Below, one piece after another: positions 34,702 through 44,829 of a stretch of 64,000 nucleotides of DNA (positions are counted from its first letter, which is position 1; every line of letters starts with the position of its first letter). The notes beneath the pieces are model-generated. The model was given only the letters and a program-made list of their open reading frames with translations, was not told the origin of the DNA and ran no database searches. The stretch is from an uncultured Acidobacteriaceae bacterium (GTDB taxonomy: Bacteria; Acidobacteriota; Terriglobia; Terriglobales; Acidobacteriaceae), in assembly GCA_963772045.1 (NCBI GenBank), contig CAVYWC010000007.1, positions 438,023 through 502,022 of the forward strand, written 5' to 3'. A program made the translations under genes and the position numbers.

Positions 34702-37700
34702 ATGCTGTCAGCGCGTTTCCGCTGGAATCTGCTGTGTCCCGTAGCAGCCGTTTGTCTGCTGATGCCCACGCTCCTGCTCGCGCAGGGCGCGACAGGGCGC
34801 ATTCTTGGTCGTGTTGCCGATCCCTCGGGCGCCGTGCTTGGCGGGGTAAAGGTTACGCTGACCAATCAAGCGACCGGCGTCAGCCGTGACGCCGAGACCA
34901 ACGCCACCGGAGACTATACTTTCGTCAATGTCGCCCCAGGGACTTACCAGGCGAGCTTTGAGCTGACTGGGTTCAAGAAAAACCTGCAGAAGAACGTTAC
35001 CGTCGACGTGAACCAGGTGGTCACGTTAAATTCAGTTCTGCAAATCGGCGGCACGCAGGAAGTCGTCGACGTCACTTCGGAAGCTCCCCAGGTCGATACC
35101 ACCAGCACGCAGCTCGGCGCCGTCATCAACGACCGCTCCGTCAACGAACTGCCGCTGAACTCCCGCGACACCTATCAGTTCCTGCAACTGCAGCCCGGAG
35201 TGCAGGCGCAGCTCGGAAACGGCAATGGCAGCTTGTTCTATGGCTCGCAGGATACCGGTTCAGTCTCGGTGAACGGCGGCCGCACTCGCGCCAACAACTT
35301 CAGCGTGAACGGTGGCGATGCCAATGATCAATTCGTAAATCTACCCACCGTCCAACCCACGCCGGACAGCGTAGAAGAATTTCGCGTGCTGACCAACACG
35401 TTCGACGCAGAGTACGGGCGCAACTCGGGCTCCGTGGTGAACGTGATCACCAAGTCGGGCACGAACGGATTGCACGGCGACATCTATGAATATTTCCGCA
35501 ACACGGTTCTGGATGCGAAAAACTATTTCGATATCGCCGGCCGTCCGCAGTGGAATCAGAACCAGTATGGGGGCACGCTCGGCGGCCCCATTGTGAAAGA
35601 TCGTACGTTCTACTTCGTGTCTTATGAAGGACGGCGAGTTCGCGAAGGCATTACCGGCCAGCAGGTGAACGTGCCGACAACCGCGCAGAGAGGTGGAGAT
35701 TTTTCGGGTGTCGGCGGCTTCGCGGGCGGCGGGGGGATCTACGATACGTTTGTGGCGAATGCTCTGGATGGCCGTCCCGGTTGCGATACTGCATTAGGCC
35801 TACCTAGCGGCGGTATTGCAAATCTGCCAGCCGATCCGAACACAGGTCTGATTGACTGGTCGACCGTTTTTCCGAGCGGCGTAATCCCTTCTGCTTGCCA
35901 GGATCCGGTCGCCGCCAACTACATGAACTACATCCCAGCGGCCGCCGTGACGATTCCCGTGAGCACTGATAACGAAGATCAATTTACAGTCCGCTTCGAT
36001 CACAAAATCAATGATCACCAGCAATTCACCGCCTACTATTACTTCAACGATCTCCGCCAGATCCAGCCTTTCAACGAGTTTGAGAATGCCGGTGCCAATG
36101 TTCCCGGGTTCGGAAATTTCAACAATAACCGCTTTCAACAGTGGAACCTCACGCATGACTGGACGATTACAAATTCAATCGTGAATGAAGCGCACTTCAC
36201 CTACATGCGCGAGGGACAGCTTGGATTTCTGAAACCGCAAAATACCAGTGCGGTCACGTCCACATGCAGCGGAACAGCAACGGCTGTTTGTTTTAACGGA
36301 ACCTCCGATTCCAGTGCGATCAACACTTTGATTGCAGGTTCTGGCATTGCCGCCGGAAAAGCTGGTATTACACCCGGTCTGCCCGCGAATCTGACCGGAG
36401 TTCCTTTCATCAACATCGGTGGCGGAGCGATTCTGGGCAACAATTCCGAGGGAATTCTTCCGCAGGTCGGCAACAGCTTCCAATGGTCAGACAGTTTGAC
36501 CTGGGTCAAAGGCACGCACACCATGAAGTTCGGCATCGACATCCGGCGTCAGCGTTTCGATCAGTACTACTATTACGACATTAACGGTTCGTATGGATTC
36601 GACAATACCGGGCCGAACGCGATCCTGCCAGGAGATGGGGATAGCTACGCGGAATTCCTTCTCGGACTCGCAGACTCGTACGGGCAGGGCTCCGGCCAGA
36701 GAGAGGATGTTCGCGGCACATCCGTTTATCCGTTTGTGGAAGACAGCTGGAAGATCAAGCCGAATCTGACCCTGAATTACGGCTTGCGATGGGAACTCGA
36801 CACTCCACCGACCGATATCGCCGGACACGTTGAGACGTACCGGCCCGGACAGAACTCCACGGTCTACCCTTGTGGGCTCTCCGCTGCGGGAGCGAATGAG
36901 CTCGGTGTCAGCCCGGGCACAACCTGCGCCGCAGCCGGCGTGCAGCCAACGGGATTAGTTGTGCCGGGGGACCAGGGCGTTCCGGCGAGCATGACTAGCA
37001 CTTATTACAAGGCATTCGCGCCACGCATCGGACTTGCCTGGAGTCCGGGGAGTTCCGGAAAAACCAGCATTCGCGCCGGCTGGGGCCTTTTCTATAACCC
37101 GATTGAGGAACTGGTGATGGCGCAATTCGGCGCCGAGCCGCCCTTTGGCGGCAGTTCCTATATCTACGATACCTTCTTCAACACGCCGTTCGTCTACCAG
37201 GCGGGAGGCACAATCGCTCCAAATCCCTTCAACGGGATTCTCACACCCACGAAGAGCCAGCCCGTCGACTACTCACTGTTCCGCCCGCTCCTGCTCTACG
37301 GCGAATTTCAGCCGCATCTGCGGACGCAATACACGGCGCAATACAACCTGACGATTCAGCACCAATTCGCAAAAGATCTTATGTTGCAGGTTGGATACGT
37401 TGGTTCGCAGGGACATCGTCTGCTGGCTTCGCATGACATCAATCCTTCGAATCCCCAGACGTGTCTCGATATCGCGAGCATCGCCGGCCTGAATGCGGCG
37501 AATGTGACTTCCTATGGAAGCCCATACTCCTGTGGCCCCACGGTCGAGGATTCGCAGTGGAGCGTGACGATCCCCACCGGTTTCCAGTTTCACATGCCGA
37601 ACGGAAGCATGGTTGCGGGGACGGGACAGACCATCAATCTGGTCGGGCTGCGACCGTACTCCTCGCCCAATTGCGATTCAACCTTGCCTGCGGGCACGTT

Positions 37701-38502
37701 GAATTCTGGATGCCCGGTGGACGGAATTCCAATCTTCTCCAGCATTTTCGCCGAAGATACGATCGCCAGCTCCGCGTACAACGCTTTCGAAGCCATGCTT
37801 GAAAAGCGCTTCTCGCACGGCCTGCAGTTCCAGGCCGCTTACACGCTGAGTAAGTCGCTCGATGACGGATCGACATTCGAAGAAACGCTCGATCCCTTCA
37901 ATTACCGCGCTAGCCGAGGTCTGTCGCTGTTCAATTCGCAGCAGCGATTTGTGATCAGTTACGACTGGGAGATACCAACCAGAAAGTATCAGGGAGTTTT
38001 GGGCAAGCTGGTAAACGACTGGGCCGTTTCCGGCATCACCCAGTTCCAGAGCGGATTTCCCATCCGGCTGAGCAACGAAGACGATACCGAACTGATTGCC
38101 AGCACTTTCTTCCTTGGCACCGAGGGGCCAAGCCTGATTGCGCCTTTCCAGAAGTTGAATCCAAAGACGAATGGGGGCTTCTGGTTCAATCCGAGCGACT
38201 TTGCCACGGCCGCCACCAATCCGGGCGCGCCAGTCCCCCCGCTAGGCCAGTTCAACAACGGCACCCAGCGCTCGATCTGCTGCGGTCCGGGACTCAATCA
38301 ATTCGATTTCGCCATTCACAGGAAGATCTCACTCACCGAAGACAAGTATTTCCAGTTTCGGGCGGAGCTCTTCAACATCTTTAATCATACGAACTTCTAT
38401 AACCCGGACGGTAGCTTTACTGACGGTCCGACTGAATTCGGAAAGGTAACCCAGGCGCAAGATCCGCGCCTGGTGCAGTTTGCCTTGAAGTTTTACTTCT
38501 AA
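34702..38502 (+). CDS. Giant TonB-dependent receptor with N-terminal CarboxypepD_reg domain
   Basis: GGAGG RBS before ATG 34702, followed by a signal peptide. CarboxypepD_reg-like domain (GRILGRVADPSGAVLGGVKVTLTNQATG...). Plug motifs are present (NELPLNSRD, VNGGR...NNF.VNG). The long beta-barrel ends ...QFALKFYF. Confidence 0.85.
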   Translation: MLSARFRWNLLCPVAAVCLLMPTLLLAQGATGRILGRVADPSGAVLGGVKVTLTNQATGVSRDAETNATGDYTFVNVAPGTYQASFELTGFKKNLQKNVTVDVNQVVTLNSVLQIGGTQEVVDVTSEAPQVDTTSTQLGAVINDRSVNELPLNSRDTYQFLQLQPGVQAQLGNGNGSLFYGSQDTGSVSVNGGRTRANNFSVNGGDANDQFVNLPTVQPTPDSVEEFRVLTNTFDAEYGRNSGSVVNVITKSGTNGLHGDIYEYFRNTVLDAKNYFDIAGRPQWNQNQYGGTLGGPIVKDRTFYFVSYEGRRVREGITGQQVNVPTTAQRGGDFSGVGGFAGGGGIYDTFVANALDGRPGCDTALGLPSGGIANLPADPNTGLIDWSTVFPSGVIPSACQDPVAANYMNYIPAAAVTIPVSTDNEDQFTVRFDHKINDHQQFTAYYYFNDLRQIQPFNEFENAGANVPGFGNFNNNRFQQWNLTHDWTITNSIVNEAHFTYMREGQLGFLKPQNTSAVTSTCSGTATAVCFNGTSDSSAINTLIAGSGIAAGKAGITPGLPANLTGVPFINIGGGAILGNNSEGILPQVGNSFQWSDSLTWVKGTHTMKFGIDIRRQRFDQYYYYDINGSYGFDNTGPNAILPGDGDSYAEFLLGLADSYGQGSGQREDVRGTSVYPFVEDSWKIKPNLTLNYGLRWELDTPPTDIAGHVETYRPGQNSTVYPCGLSAAGANELGVSPGTTCAAAGVQPTGLVVPGDQGVPASMTSTYYKAFAPRIGLAWSPGSSGKTSIRAGWGLFYNPIEELVMAQFGAEPPFGGSSYIYDTFFNTPFVYQAGGTIAPNPFNGILTPTKSQPVDYSLFRPLLLYGEFQPHLRTQYTAQYNLTIQHQFAKDLMLQVGYVGSQGHRLLASHDINPSNPQTCLDIASIAGLNAANVTSYGSPYSCGPTVEDSQWSVTIPTGFQFHMPNGSMVAGTGQTINLVGLRPYSSPNCDSTLPAGTLNSGCPVDGIPIFSSIFAEDTIASSAYNAFEAMLEKRFSHGLQFQAAYTLSKSLDDGSTFEETLDPFNYRASRGLSLFNSQQRFVISYDWEIPTRKYQGVLGKLVNDWAVSGITQFQSGFPIRLSNEDDTELIASTFFLGTEGPSLIAPFQKLNPKTNGGFWFNPSDFATAATNPGAPVPPLGQFNNGTQRSICCGPGLNQFDFAIHRKISLTEDKYFQFRAELFNIFNHTNFYNPDGSFTDGPTEFGKVTQAQDPRLVQFALKFYF

Positions 38503-38531
38503 GCAATGAGAGTAATGTAGAAAAATGCAAG

Positions 38532-38555
38532 CCGGGAGGGCTTCCGCCCTCCCGG
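38532..38555 (+). terminator. Stem-loop after the TBDR gene (CCGGGAGGGC-ttcc-GCCCTCCCGG)
   Basis: Perfect 10-bp GC-rich stem with a 4-nt loop, 30 nt after the stop. There is no clear U-tract. Confidence 0.5.
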
Positions 38556-38609
38556 TAATCTAATGGCCCGCCGTGACACTCCGCGGGCTTGAGTCTCCCG
38601 GAGAACCTG

Positions 38610-39992
38610 ATGTACCCCGAACTAGATAAAGAACTCGCCACTTTCGAGCGGCGAACGCCCAAGTCCGCCGAAGCCCACAAGAAAAATCTCAAACGCATCC
38701 CTCTTGGCGTGGCCAGCAACTACCGCGCCTACGATCCCTGGCCGATCTTCGTGAAAGAAGCCAGTGGCAGCAAGTTCCGCGATCTCGATGGCAACGAATA
38801 CATCGACCACAATCTATGTTTCGGCGCCATCATGGCCGGGCACTGCCACCCCGCGGTCATGAAGGCCGTCGAAAAACGGCTCTCCACCGGAACCATGTTC
38901 GGCATGCCCCATGACATGGAATGGGAACTCGCAGAAGAAATCTGCAACCGTTTCCCCATCGAGATGTGCCGCTTCGGCAACAGCGGCACCGAAGCGACCA
39001 TGCATGCCATTCGCCTTGCCCGTGCCGCAACCGGGCGCGACAAGATCGTGAAATTCGAGGGTGCTTATCACGGCTTACATGACAGCGCGCTGGTTAGTGT
39101 GAAGCCGCACGCGCCGGAATTCGGCGATGTGCACAATCCCACCGCGGTTCCCGGCGGGCTTGGCGTACCAAAATCCGCCGTGGCCAACGTTCTCATTGCG
39201 ACTTTCAACGATCTCGTGACCGTGGAGCGACGCTTTAAAGAAAATCCCGGCGAGATTGCCGCGATCATTCTCGAACCTATCCTGATGAACGTCGGACTTT
39301 GCTTGCCGCAACCGGGATTCCTGCAAGGCCTGCGCGACATTTGCGACAAAAATGGCGCGCTGTTGATCTTCGATGAAGTTAAGACCGGCTGCAAACTGGG
39401 ATGGGGAGGAGCCAGCGAATATTTCGGAGTAACACCCGATATGATCTGTCTCGCCAAGTCGATCGGCGGTGGTCTGCCCCTCGCGGCGTTTGGCGCGCAT
39501 GAATCCGTCATGGATTTGATCTCGCAGCACAAGGTCTTCCACGGCGGCACCTACAACACGAATCCGGTTTCGATGGCCGCGGGCCTCGCCACCTTCCATC
39601 ACGTCCTCACGCGCGAGAATTACGCGCACGTCGAAAAACTGAGCAAGAAGCTGGCCGACGGTTACCGCAAGACCATCGCGAAAGTCGGCTTGCAAGGCTA
39701 CATCGCGCAAGCCGGGGCCAACGGCGCGTTGATGTTCTATCCCAAGGAAATCACGAACTATCGCGACTGGACCACCATAGACGTCGATCTGTGGCGTCAT
39801 TACTGGTTCGGTATGGTGAACCGCGGCGTCATGGCTCAGCCCTACTGGTGGGACGAGCAGTGGACGATCTCGGTGCAGCACACCGACGCCGACATCGACA
39901 AGCATCTCGCCGCATTTGACGACATTGCCGAATCGCTGGCCAAGGCGCAGCAGGAGCGCGGCGCAGGCGTGCCTGCCGAAGTCGCACATTAG
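38610..39992 (+). CDS. Class III PLP aminotransferase, glutamate-1-semialdehyde-aminomutase-like
   Basis: The motifs NSGTEATMHAIRLAR, LIFDEVKTG and CLAKSIGGGLPLAAFG (PLP Lys) are present. ATG 38610 follows GGAG. Confidence 0.8.
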   Translation: MYPELDKELATFERRTPKSAEAHKKNLKRIPLGVASNYRAYDPWPIFVKEASGSKFRDLDGNEYIDHNLCFGAIMAGHCHPAVMKAVEKRLSTGTMFGMPHDMEWELAEEICNRFPIEMCRFGNSGTEATMHAIRLARAATGRDKIVKFEGAYHGLHDSALVSVKPHAPEFGDVHNPTAVPGGLGVPKSAVANVLIATFNDLVTVERRFKENPGEIAAIILEPILMNVGLCLPQPGFLQGLRDICDKNGALLIFDEVKTGCKLGWGGASEYFGVTPDMICLAKSIGGGLPLAAFGAHESVMDLISQHKVFHGGTYNTNPVSMAAGLATFHHVLTRENYAHVEKLSKKLADGYRKTIAKVGLQGYIAQAGANGALMFYPKEITNYRDWTTIDVDLWRHYWFGMVNRGVMAQPYWWDEQWTISVQHTDADIDKHLAAFDDIAESLAKAQQERGAGVPAEVAH

Positions 39993-39996
39993 AAAA

Positions 39997-40086
39997 CAGG
40001 GATCAGGGGTTAGAGGTAAGAGGTCAGTTATCCTGCCTCCCAGGGTTTTACTGATCTCTGATCCCTGGCCCCCGATCCCTAACCTC
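39997..40086. repeat. GATC/GGG-rich structured spacer (AGGGATCAG...CTGATCCCT; GGTTAG...CTAACC)
   Basis: Complementary word pairs lie in the 99-bp gap between the aminotransferase and the APC permease. Confidence 0.45.
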
Positions 40087-40091
40087 GAACC

Positions 40092-41546
40092 TTGACCGAC
40101 ACCACACAATCCGAAGCTCAGCCCCACCTGATCCGCGCTCTCGGCCGGCGCGATCTCGTCTTGCTGTTTGTGGTCGCGGTTTTCAACCTGAACGTAGTTC
40201 CGTCGATTGCCGCCAACGGCGGTGTCACAATCTGGCTCTGGATCATCTCTCTTCTCCTTTTCTTCTGGCCCCAGGGCATCGCCGTCATCGAACTCGCGCA
40301 CCGCTATCCCGGGGAAGGCGGCGTCTATCTCTGGGCCAAAGAAATTTTCGGCGACTTTCACGGATTCCTCTCCGGCTGGTGTTACTGGACCAACAACATG
40401 CTTTATGTGCCGACGGTCATGCTCTACTTCGTCGGAGTCTCGGTTTACGTGCTGGGGCCGTCTCATCATGCCCTAGCCGATAACAAGCTGTTCGCTGCGA
40501 CCACTTCGCTCCTTTTGCTGGGACTTCTCACGTTCGTCAACATCCTCGGCCTCGGCGTCGGCAAGTGGATCAACAATCTGGGTGCGATCGGTACATTCAT
40601 CGCCGCAGCTGTTCTGATCGGACTCGGGATTGTGATCTATTCGCGCTTTGGAACCACAATCACCGCGGCGGATTTCAAAATTCCGGTGAATCCAAAATTT
40701 GTCTTGAATTCTTTCGGCGTGATCTGTTTCGGTCTCGTCGGCCTGGAACTCGCTTCCGTCATGGGCGATGAAATCAAAGATCCGCAGCGCACTCTGCCCG
40801 GTGCCGTCGCCTGGGGTGGAGTACTTTCGGGCGCGCTTTACGTGGGCGCAACCCTCACCCTCCTGATCGCGATTGGAAAAGATCTCAACGTCTTGCAAGG
40901 GGTCGTTCAGGCAGTCACACAAATGGCAACCCGCGTGGGAATCGGCTGGTTGATCATTCCTTTCGCGCTCATGCTCAGCCTCTCCATCGCCGGGATTGGC
41001 TCAGCCTGGATGGGCGGTGCAGCGCGGATCCCCTTCGTCGCGGGTCTCGACTCCTACATGCCATCGTGGCTCGCGAAGGTGCATCCGCGCCATGCCACGC
41101 CGTATGTGGCGTTAATCGTGCAGGGGATCGTATCCGGGGTGCTGGTCATTTTGAATTTTGCCGGTGCCGGCGTGCAGGAGACCTTCCAAAAGTTGCTGTC
41201 ACTCGCGGTCGTGCTGCAGCTCGTGCCCTTCCTCTATATGTTCTGTGCGCTGGTGAAATTTGCGGTGACCGAAACCACTCCTCAAGGCCAATATGGCCGA
41301 GGCGCAATGTTCGTAGCGGGAATGAGCGGACTGTTGACCACGATCCTTGGCATCGCCCTGGTATTCTTTCCGGCCCAGCAGATTACCTCTCTGTGGCAAT
41401 ACGAACTTTGGATGGTCGGCGGCACGCTGTTCTTCCTTAGCCTCGCCGCATTTTTCTTTTTCGTCTATGGCCGCAGAAAAGCCCCGCAAGGGCGACATAT
41501 TTTAGACCAGGACGTGAGTCCTGCATTATCGAAGGAATCGCAATAG
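40092..41546 (+). CDS. APC-superfamily amino-acid/polyamine permease
   Basis: About 12 TM helices and an N-terminal APC pattern (LIRALGRRDLVLLFVVAVFNLN...). The TTG start is uncertain. Confidence 0.75.
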   Translation: MTDTTQSEAQPHLIRALGRRDLVLLFVVAVFNLNVVPSIAANGGVTIWLWIISLLLFFWPQGIAVIELAHRYPGEGGVYLWAKEIFGDFHGFLSGWCYWTNNMLYVPTVMLYFVGVSVYVLGPSHHALADNKLFAATTSLLLLGLLTFVNILGLGVGKWINNLGAIGTFIAAAVLIGLGIVIYSRFGTTITAADFKIPVNPKFVLNSFGVICFGLVGLELASVMGDEIKDPQRTLPGAVAWGGVLSGALYVGATLTLLIAIGKDLNVLQGVVQAVTQMATRVGIGWLIIPFALMLSLSIAGIGSAWMGGAARIPFVAGLDSYMPSWLAKVHPRHATPYVALIVQGIVSGVLVILNFAGAGVQETFQKLLSLAVVLQLVPFLYMFCALVKFAVTETTPQGQYGRGAMFVAGMSGLLTTILGIALVFFPAQQITSLWQYELWMVGGTLFFLSLAAFFFFVYGRRKAPQGRHILDQDVSPALSKESQ

Positions 41547-41552
41547 CACCGT

Positions 41553-41609
41553 GGAAGAGCGGTCCTTCAGGGCCGCGACTTGGTACGAAAGATCAAGGGC
41601 CTTCAGGCC
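41553..41609. repeat. REP-like element family B with two CCTTCAGG hairpins
   Basis: GGAAGAGCGGTCCTTCAGGGCCGCG followed by the perfect hairpin GGGCC-TTCA-GGCCC. It lies in the gap between the APC permease and the ALDH. Confidence 0.55.
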
Positions 41610-41633
41610 CGGAAGAGATACAGGAGGGCCACG

Positions 41634-43127
41634 ATGCCCAGCGGAGTTCAAACCGACGTTCAGAAAGAAGTGAAGACCTACCAGATGTTCATCAATGGCG
41701 AATTGACCCCGAGCCATTCCGGCAAGACTTTCCCGGTGTACGACCCCTCCACCGAGGAAGTCATCGCGCATGTTCCCGACGCCGATGCCGAGGATGTGAA
41801 CCGTGCGGTTGCCGCGGCCAAATCCGCATTCGAAGACGGCCCGTGGGCAACAACGACCGCACAGGAGCGTGGACGCGTCCTCTTCCGTCTCGCCGGCAAA
41901 GTTCGCCAGAATCTTCCCGCTCTGGCGGAACTCGAGTGCCGCAACACCGGTAAGCCGATCGTTGAGGCTGAGTTCGACCTCAACGACGTCGCTACCTGCT
42001 TCGAATATTACGGAGGTCTAGCTACAAAGATCACAGGCTCGGTGAATCCCGTTCCCGACAATGCCATGTCTCTTTCCCTGAAAGAACCGGTCGGCGTTGC
42101 CGGACAAATCATTCCCTGGAACTATCCGCTGCTCATGGCCGCTTGGAAACTTGCGCCCGCCCTGGCCGCCGGATGCGCTTGCGTCCTCAAACCCGCCGAG
42201 CAAACGCCGCTGACTGCGCTCGAACTCGCAAACTATTTCCCTGACTGCGGCCTGCCCCCGGGCGTGGTCAACATCGTTACGGGATTCGGCGAGACCTGCG
42301 GCGCTCCCATCGTGCAACATCCCGATGTGAACAAGATTGCCTTTACGGGCAGCGCTGCTGTGGGCAAGATCATCGTCAAACAGGCGGCGGATACCGTGAA
42401 GCGCGTGACTCTCGAACTCGGAGGCAAGTCTCCCAACATCTTTTTCGCCGACGCTGATTTCGAAGCCGCCATCGACGGTGCTCTCTTCGGCGTATTCATC
42501 AATCAAGGCGAAGTCTGCTCGGCCGGCAGCCGCATCTTGGTGCAGAAGACGATTTACAAGAATTTCGTCGAGGCCATGACCGAGAAAGCCAAGAAGATCA
42601 AGCTCGGCCCTCCTCTCGATCGAGATACCAAGATGGGGCCGCTGGTTAGCAAGGAACAATATGATCGTGTGAATGAATATGTGGCGATCGGCAAGAAGGA
42701 AGCCAAACTGGCTGCTGGCGGCGGACGCCCCGAGAAAATTGCGAAGGGCTATTACGTGCAGCCGACGATTTTCTATGACGTTGCGAACAGCGCTCGCATC
42801 GCGCGCGAAGAAATCTTCGGACCAGTGGCTGCGGTAATTCCGTTTGAAGATGAAAAAGACGCGTTGAAGATCGCCAACGATTCTCCCTACGGCCTGGCCG
42901 CCGCAGTCTGGACGCGCGACATCTTCAAGGCCATGCGCGCCGTCAAAGGCTTGCGCGTTGGGATCGTCTGGGTGAATCACATGCAACCGACGTACGTCGA
43001 AGCCCCCTGGGGCGGATTCAAACAATCCGGTTTCGGCCGCGAGCTTGGTCCCTGGGGAATGGAAGAGTATCTGGAAACCAAGCAGGTTTACATCAATTTG
43101 AACGAAGCGCCAATCGGCTGGTACTGA
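41634..43127 (+). CDS. NAD(P)-dependent aldehyde dehydrogenase (aminoaldehyde/betaine-aldehyde DH-like)
   Basis: AGGAGG RBS. ALDH motifs FINGE, IIPWNYPL, FTGS, ELGGKSP and catalytic GEVCSAGSR. Confidence 0.85.
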   Translation: MPSGVQTDVQKEVKTYQMFINGELTPSHSGKTFPVYDPSTEEVIAHVPDADAEDVNRAVAAAKSAFEDGPWATTTAQERGRVLFRLAGKVRQNLPALAELECRNTGKPIVEAEFDLNDVATCFEYYGGLATKITGSVNPVPDNAMSLSLKEPVGVAGQIIPWNYPLLMAAWKLAPALAAGCACVLKPAEQTPLTALELANYFPDCGLPPGVVNIVTGFGETCGAPIVQHPDVNKIAFTGSAAVGKIIVKQAADTVKRVTLELGGKSPNIFFADADFEAAIDGALFGVFINQGEVCSAGSRILVQKTIYKNFVEAMTEKAKKIKLGPPLDRDTKMGPLVSKEQYDRVNEYVAIGKKEAKLAAGGGRPEKIAKGYYVQPTIFYDVANSARIAREEIFGPVAAVIPFEDEKDALKIANDSPYGLAAAVWTRDIFKAMRAVKGLRVGIVWVNHMQPTYVEAPWGGFKQSGFGRELGPWGMEEYLETKQVYINLNEAPIGWY

Positions 43128-43180
43128 GACCGCGGACCGGGTTGCGATTACCGGGTACTCAGGCGCTGGAACTGAAAACC

Positions 43181-43262
43181 AGCCGCGAAGCGGCGAGAGA
43201 ATGCAGCCCACAGCGCAAGGCGTGGGTATTCGAAACTCAGAACGACCCAGCCCCGCAGGGGC
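43181..43262. repeat. Triple-hairpin REP-like element
   Basis: Three hairpins: GCCGC-gaa-GCGGC, CCCAC-agcgcaaggc-GTGGG and GCCCC-gca-GGGGC. They lie in the gap between the ALDH and gabT. Confidence 0.5.
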
Positions 43263-43292
43263 GAAATAACGAACCGCAACTACGAGACTACG

Positions 43293-44654
43293 ATGTCTAC
43301 CATTCAACTCCGCACACCGATTCCAGGCCCGAATTCGAAATCCCTCCACGAGCGCCGCTCGAAAGCCGTGCCCCGCGGGCTTTCTCACGGCACTCCCATT
43401 TACGTTGCCAAAGCTGAAGATGCCTGGCTCGAGGATGTCGACGGCAACCGCTATCTCGATTTCGCCGGCGGCATCGGATGCCTCAACGTCGGTCATCGCC
43501 GCCATGAAGTAGTTGGGGCCGTCAACGGGCAGCTAGAAAAATTCCTGCACACCTGCGTGCAGGTCACGCCGTATGAAAGCTACGTCCGTCTCGCCGAGCG
43601 CATGAACGAGGTCACTCCCGGCAACTTCGCCAAGAAAACCATGTTCGTCAACAGCGGCGCCGAAGCAGTCGAGAATGCCGTGAAGATCGCGCGCGCCCAC
43701 ACCAAGCGCCCGGGCATCATCGCCTTCGAAGACGCGTTCCATGGCCGCACCATGATGACTCTAGCTCTCACTAGCAAAACCCATCCCTACAAAGCCGGAT
43801 TTGCGCCATTCCCGGCCGAAGTCTACCGGGTTCCATTCGCCTATTGTTACCGCTGCTCGTACCACTTGAAATATCCCGAGTGCGATCTGTATTGTGCGCG
43901 TCATCTGGAAGATACGTTCAAGCGCGTGGTCGCCAACGAAGAAGTTGCCGCGGTGATTGCCGAGCCAGTTTTGGGCGAAGGAGGATTTGTCGTCCCTCCC
44001 CCGGACTATTTCAAAGTTCTCATCGACCTTTGCCATCGGCATGGGATTCTCTTCATCGCCGATGAAGTGCAATCCGGTTTTGGCCGCACCGGAGCTCTGT
44101 TTGCCTGCGAACGCTACGGCATCGAACCTGACCTCATCGTCACAGCGAAATCACTCGGCGGGGGCTTGCCACTGGCTGGGGTTACGGGCCGCGCCGAAAT
44201 CATGGACGCGCCGGGCGCCGGCGGCCTGGGCGGAACATTCGCCGGTAACCCGCTTTCCTGCGTGGCGGCTCTGGCAGTTTTGGATTTGTTTGAGCGCGAA
44301 AATTTGCTGGCGCGTGCCAATGAACTCGGCTCGCACTTCCAGCGCCGCGCGCACGAATGGCAACGCCGCTTGCCGATCGTCGGAGATGTGCGCGGCCTCG
44401 GCGCCATGCAAGCGATTGAACTTGTGCAATCGCAGAAAACAAAAGCGCCCGCGGCCGAGGAGACGAAAAAGATCACGCAATACTGCTATGAGCACGGTTT
44501 GATCACAATCACCGCCGGCTCGTACGGAAACGTCATCCGCGCGCTGGTTCCACTGGTGATCACAAGCGAGCAAATGGACGAAGCGCTCGATGTGCTGGAA
44601 GCCGCGCTCGCCAGCGTTTGTGACCAGAAAAACGCAGTGCCGCAATTGGTTTGA
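43293..44654 (+). CDS. gabT: 4-aminobutyrate aminotransferase (class III)
   Basis: N-terminal GabT pattern: AVPRG...DVDGNRYLDFAGGIGCLNVGH. The motifs FIADEVQSGFGRTG and TAKSLGGGLPL (PLP Lys) are present. Confidence 0.75.
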   Translation: MSTIQLRTPIPGPNSKSLHERRSKAVPRGLSHGTPIYVAKAEDAWLEDVDGNRYLDFAGGIGCLNVGHRRHEVVGAVNGQLEKFLHTCVQVTPYESYVRLAERMNEVTPGNFAKKTMFVNSGAEAVENAVKIARAHTKRPGIIAFEDAFHGRTMMTLALTSKTHPYKAGFAPFPAEVYRVPFAYCYRCSYHLKYPECDLYCARHLEDTFKRVVANEEVAAVIAEPVLGEGGFVVPPPDYFKVLIDLCHRHGILFIADEVQSGFGRTGALFACERYGIEPDLIVTAKSLGGGLPLAGVTGRAEIMDAPGAGGLGGTFAGNPLSCVAALAVLDLFERENLLARANELGSHFQRRAHEWQRRLPIVGDVRGLGAMQAIELVQSQKTKAPAAEETKKITQYCYEHGLITITAGSYGNVIRALVPLVITSEQMDEALDVLEAALASVCDQKNAVPQLV

Positions 44655-44665
44655 TTTAAAGATTT

Positions 44666-44730
44666 GTCATCCTGAGCGAAGGTTGGTCGTCGCGCGTGAC
44701 GCGCGATGACCAAACGCAGTCGAAGGATCC
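44666..44730. repeat. REP-like element family A (GTCATCCTGAGCGAAG...CGAAGGATCC) with 12-bp internal stem
   Basis: Internal stem GGTCGTCGCGCG-tga-CGCGCGATGACC. A second family member lies at 52396-52438. Confidence 0.6.
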
Positions 44731-44829
44731 CACGCTTGCCTATATGATGGATGATGTCGCAGGGAGTTCTTTCCAAGTCTTCAACGCCATGATCCAGAAT
44801 TCTTCGCGAACGCGAAAGGCACTACGAAC

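Noticed and set aside
39075-40469. 464-aa ORF on the minus strand
   Set aside because: It is antisense to the well-supported class-III aminotransferase and APC permease genes. The composition is Arg/Gly/Ala/His-rich with no motifs. This is the typical stop-free shadow frame of GC-rich coding DNA.
42018-43505. 495-aa ORF on the minus strand
   Set aside because: It is antisense to the aldehyde dehydrogenase and gabT genes and spans their intergenic REP element. It has no recognisable domain and a skewed composition, so I treat it as a shadow ORF.
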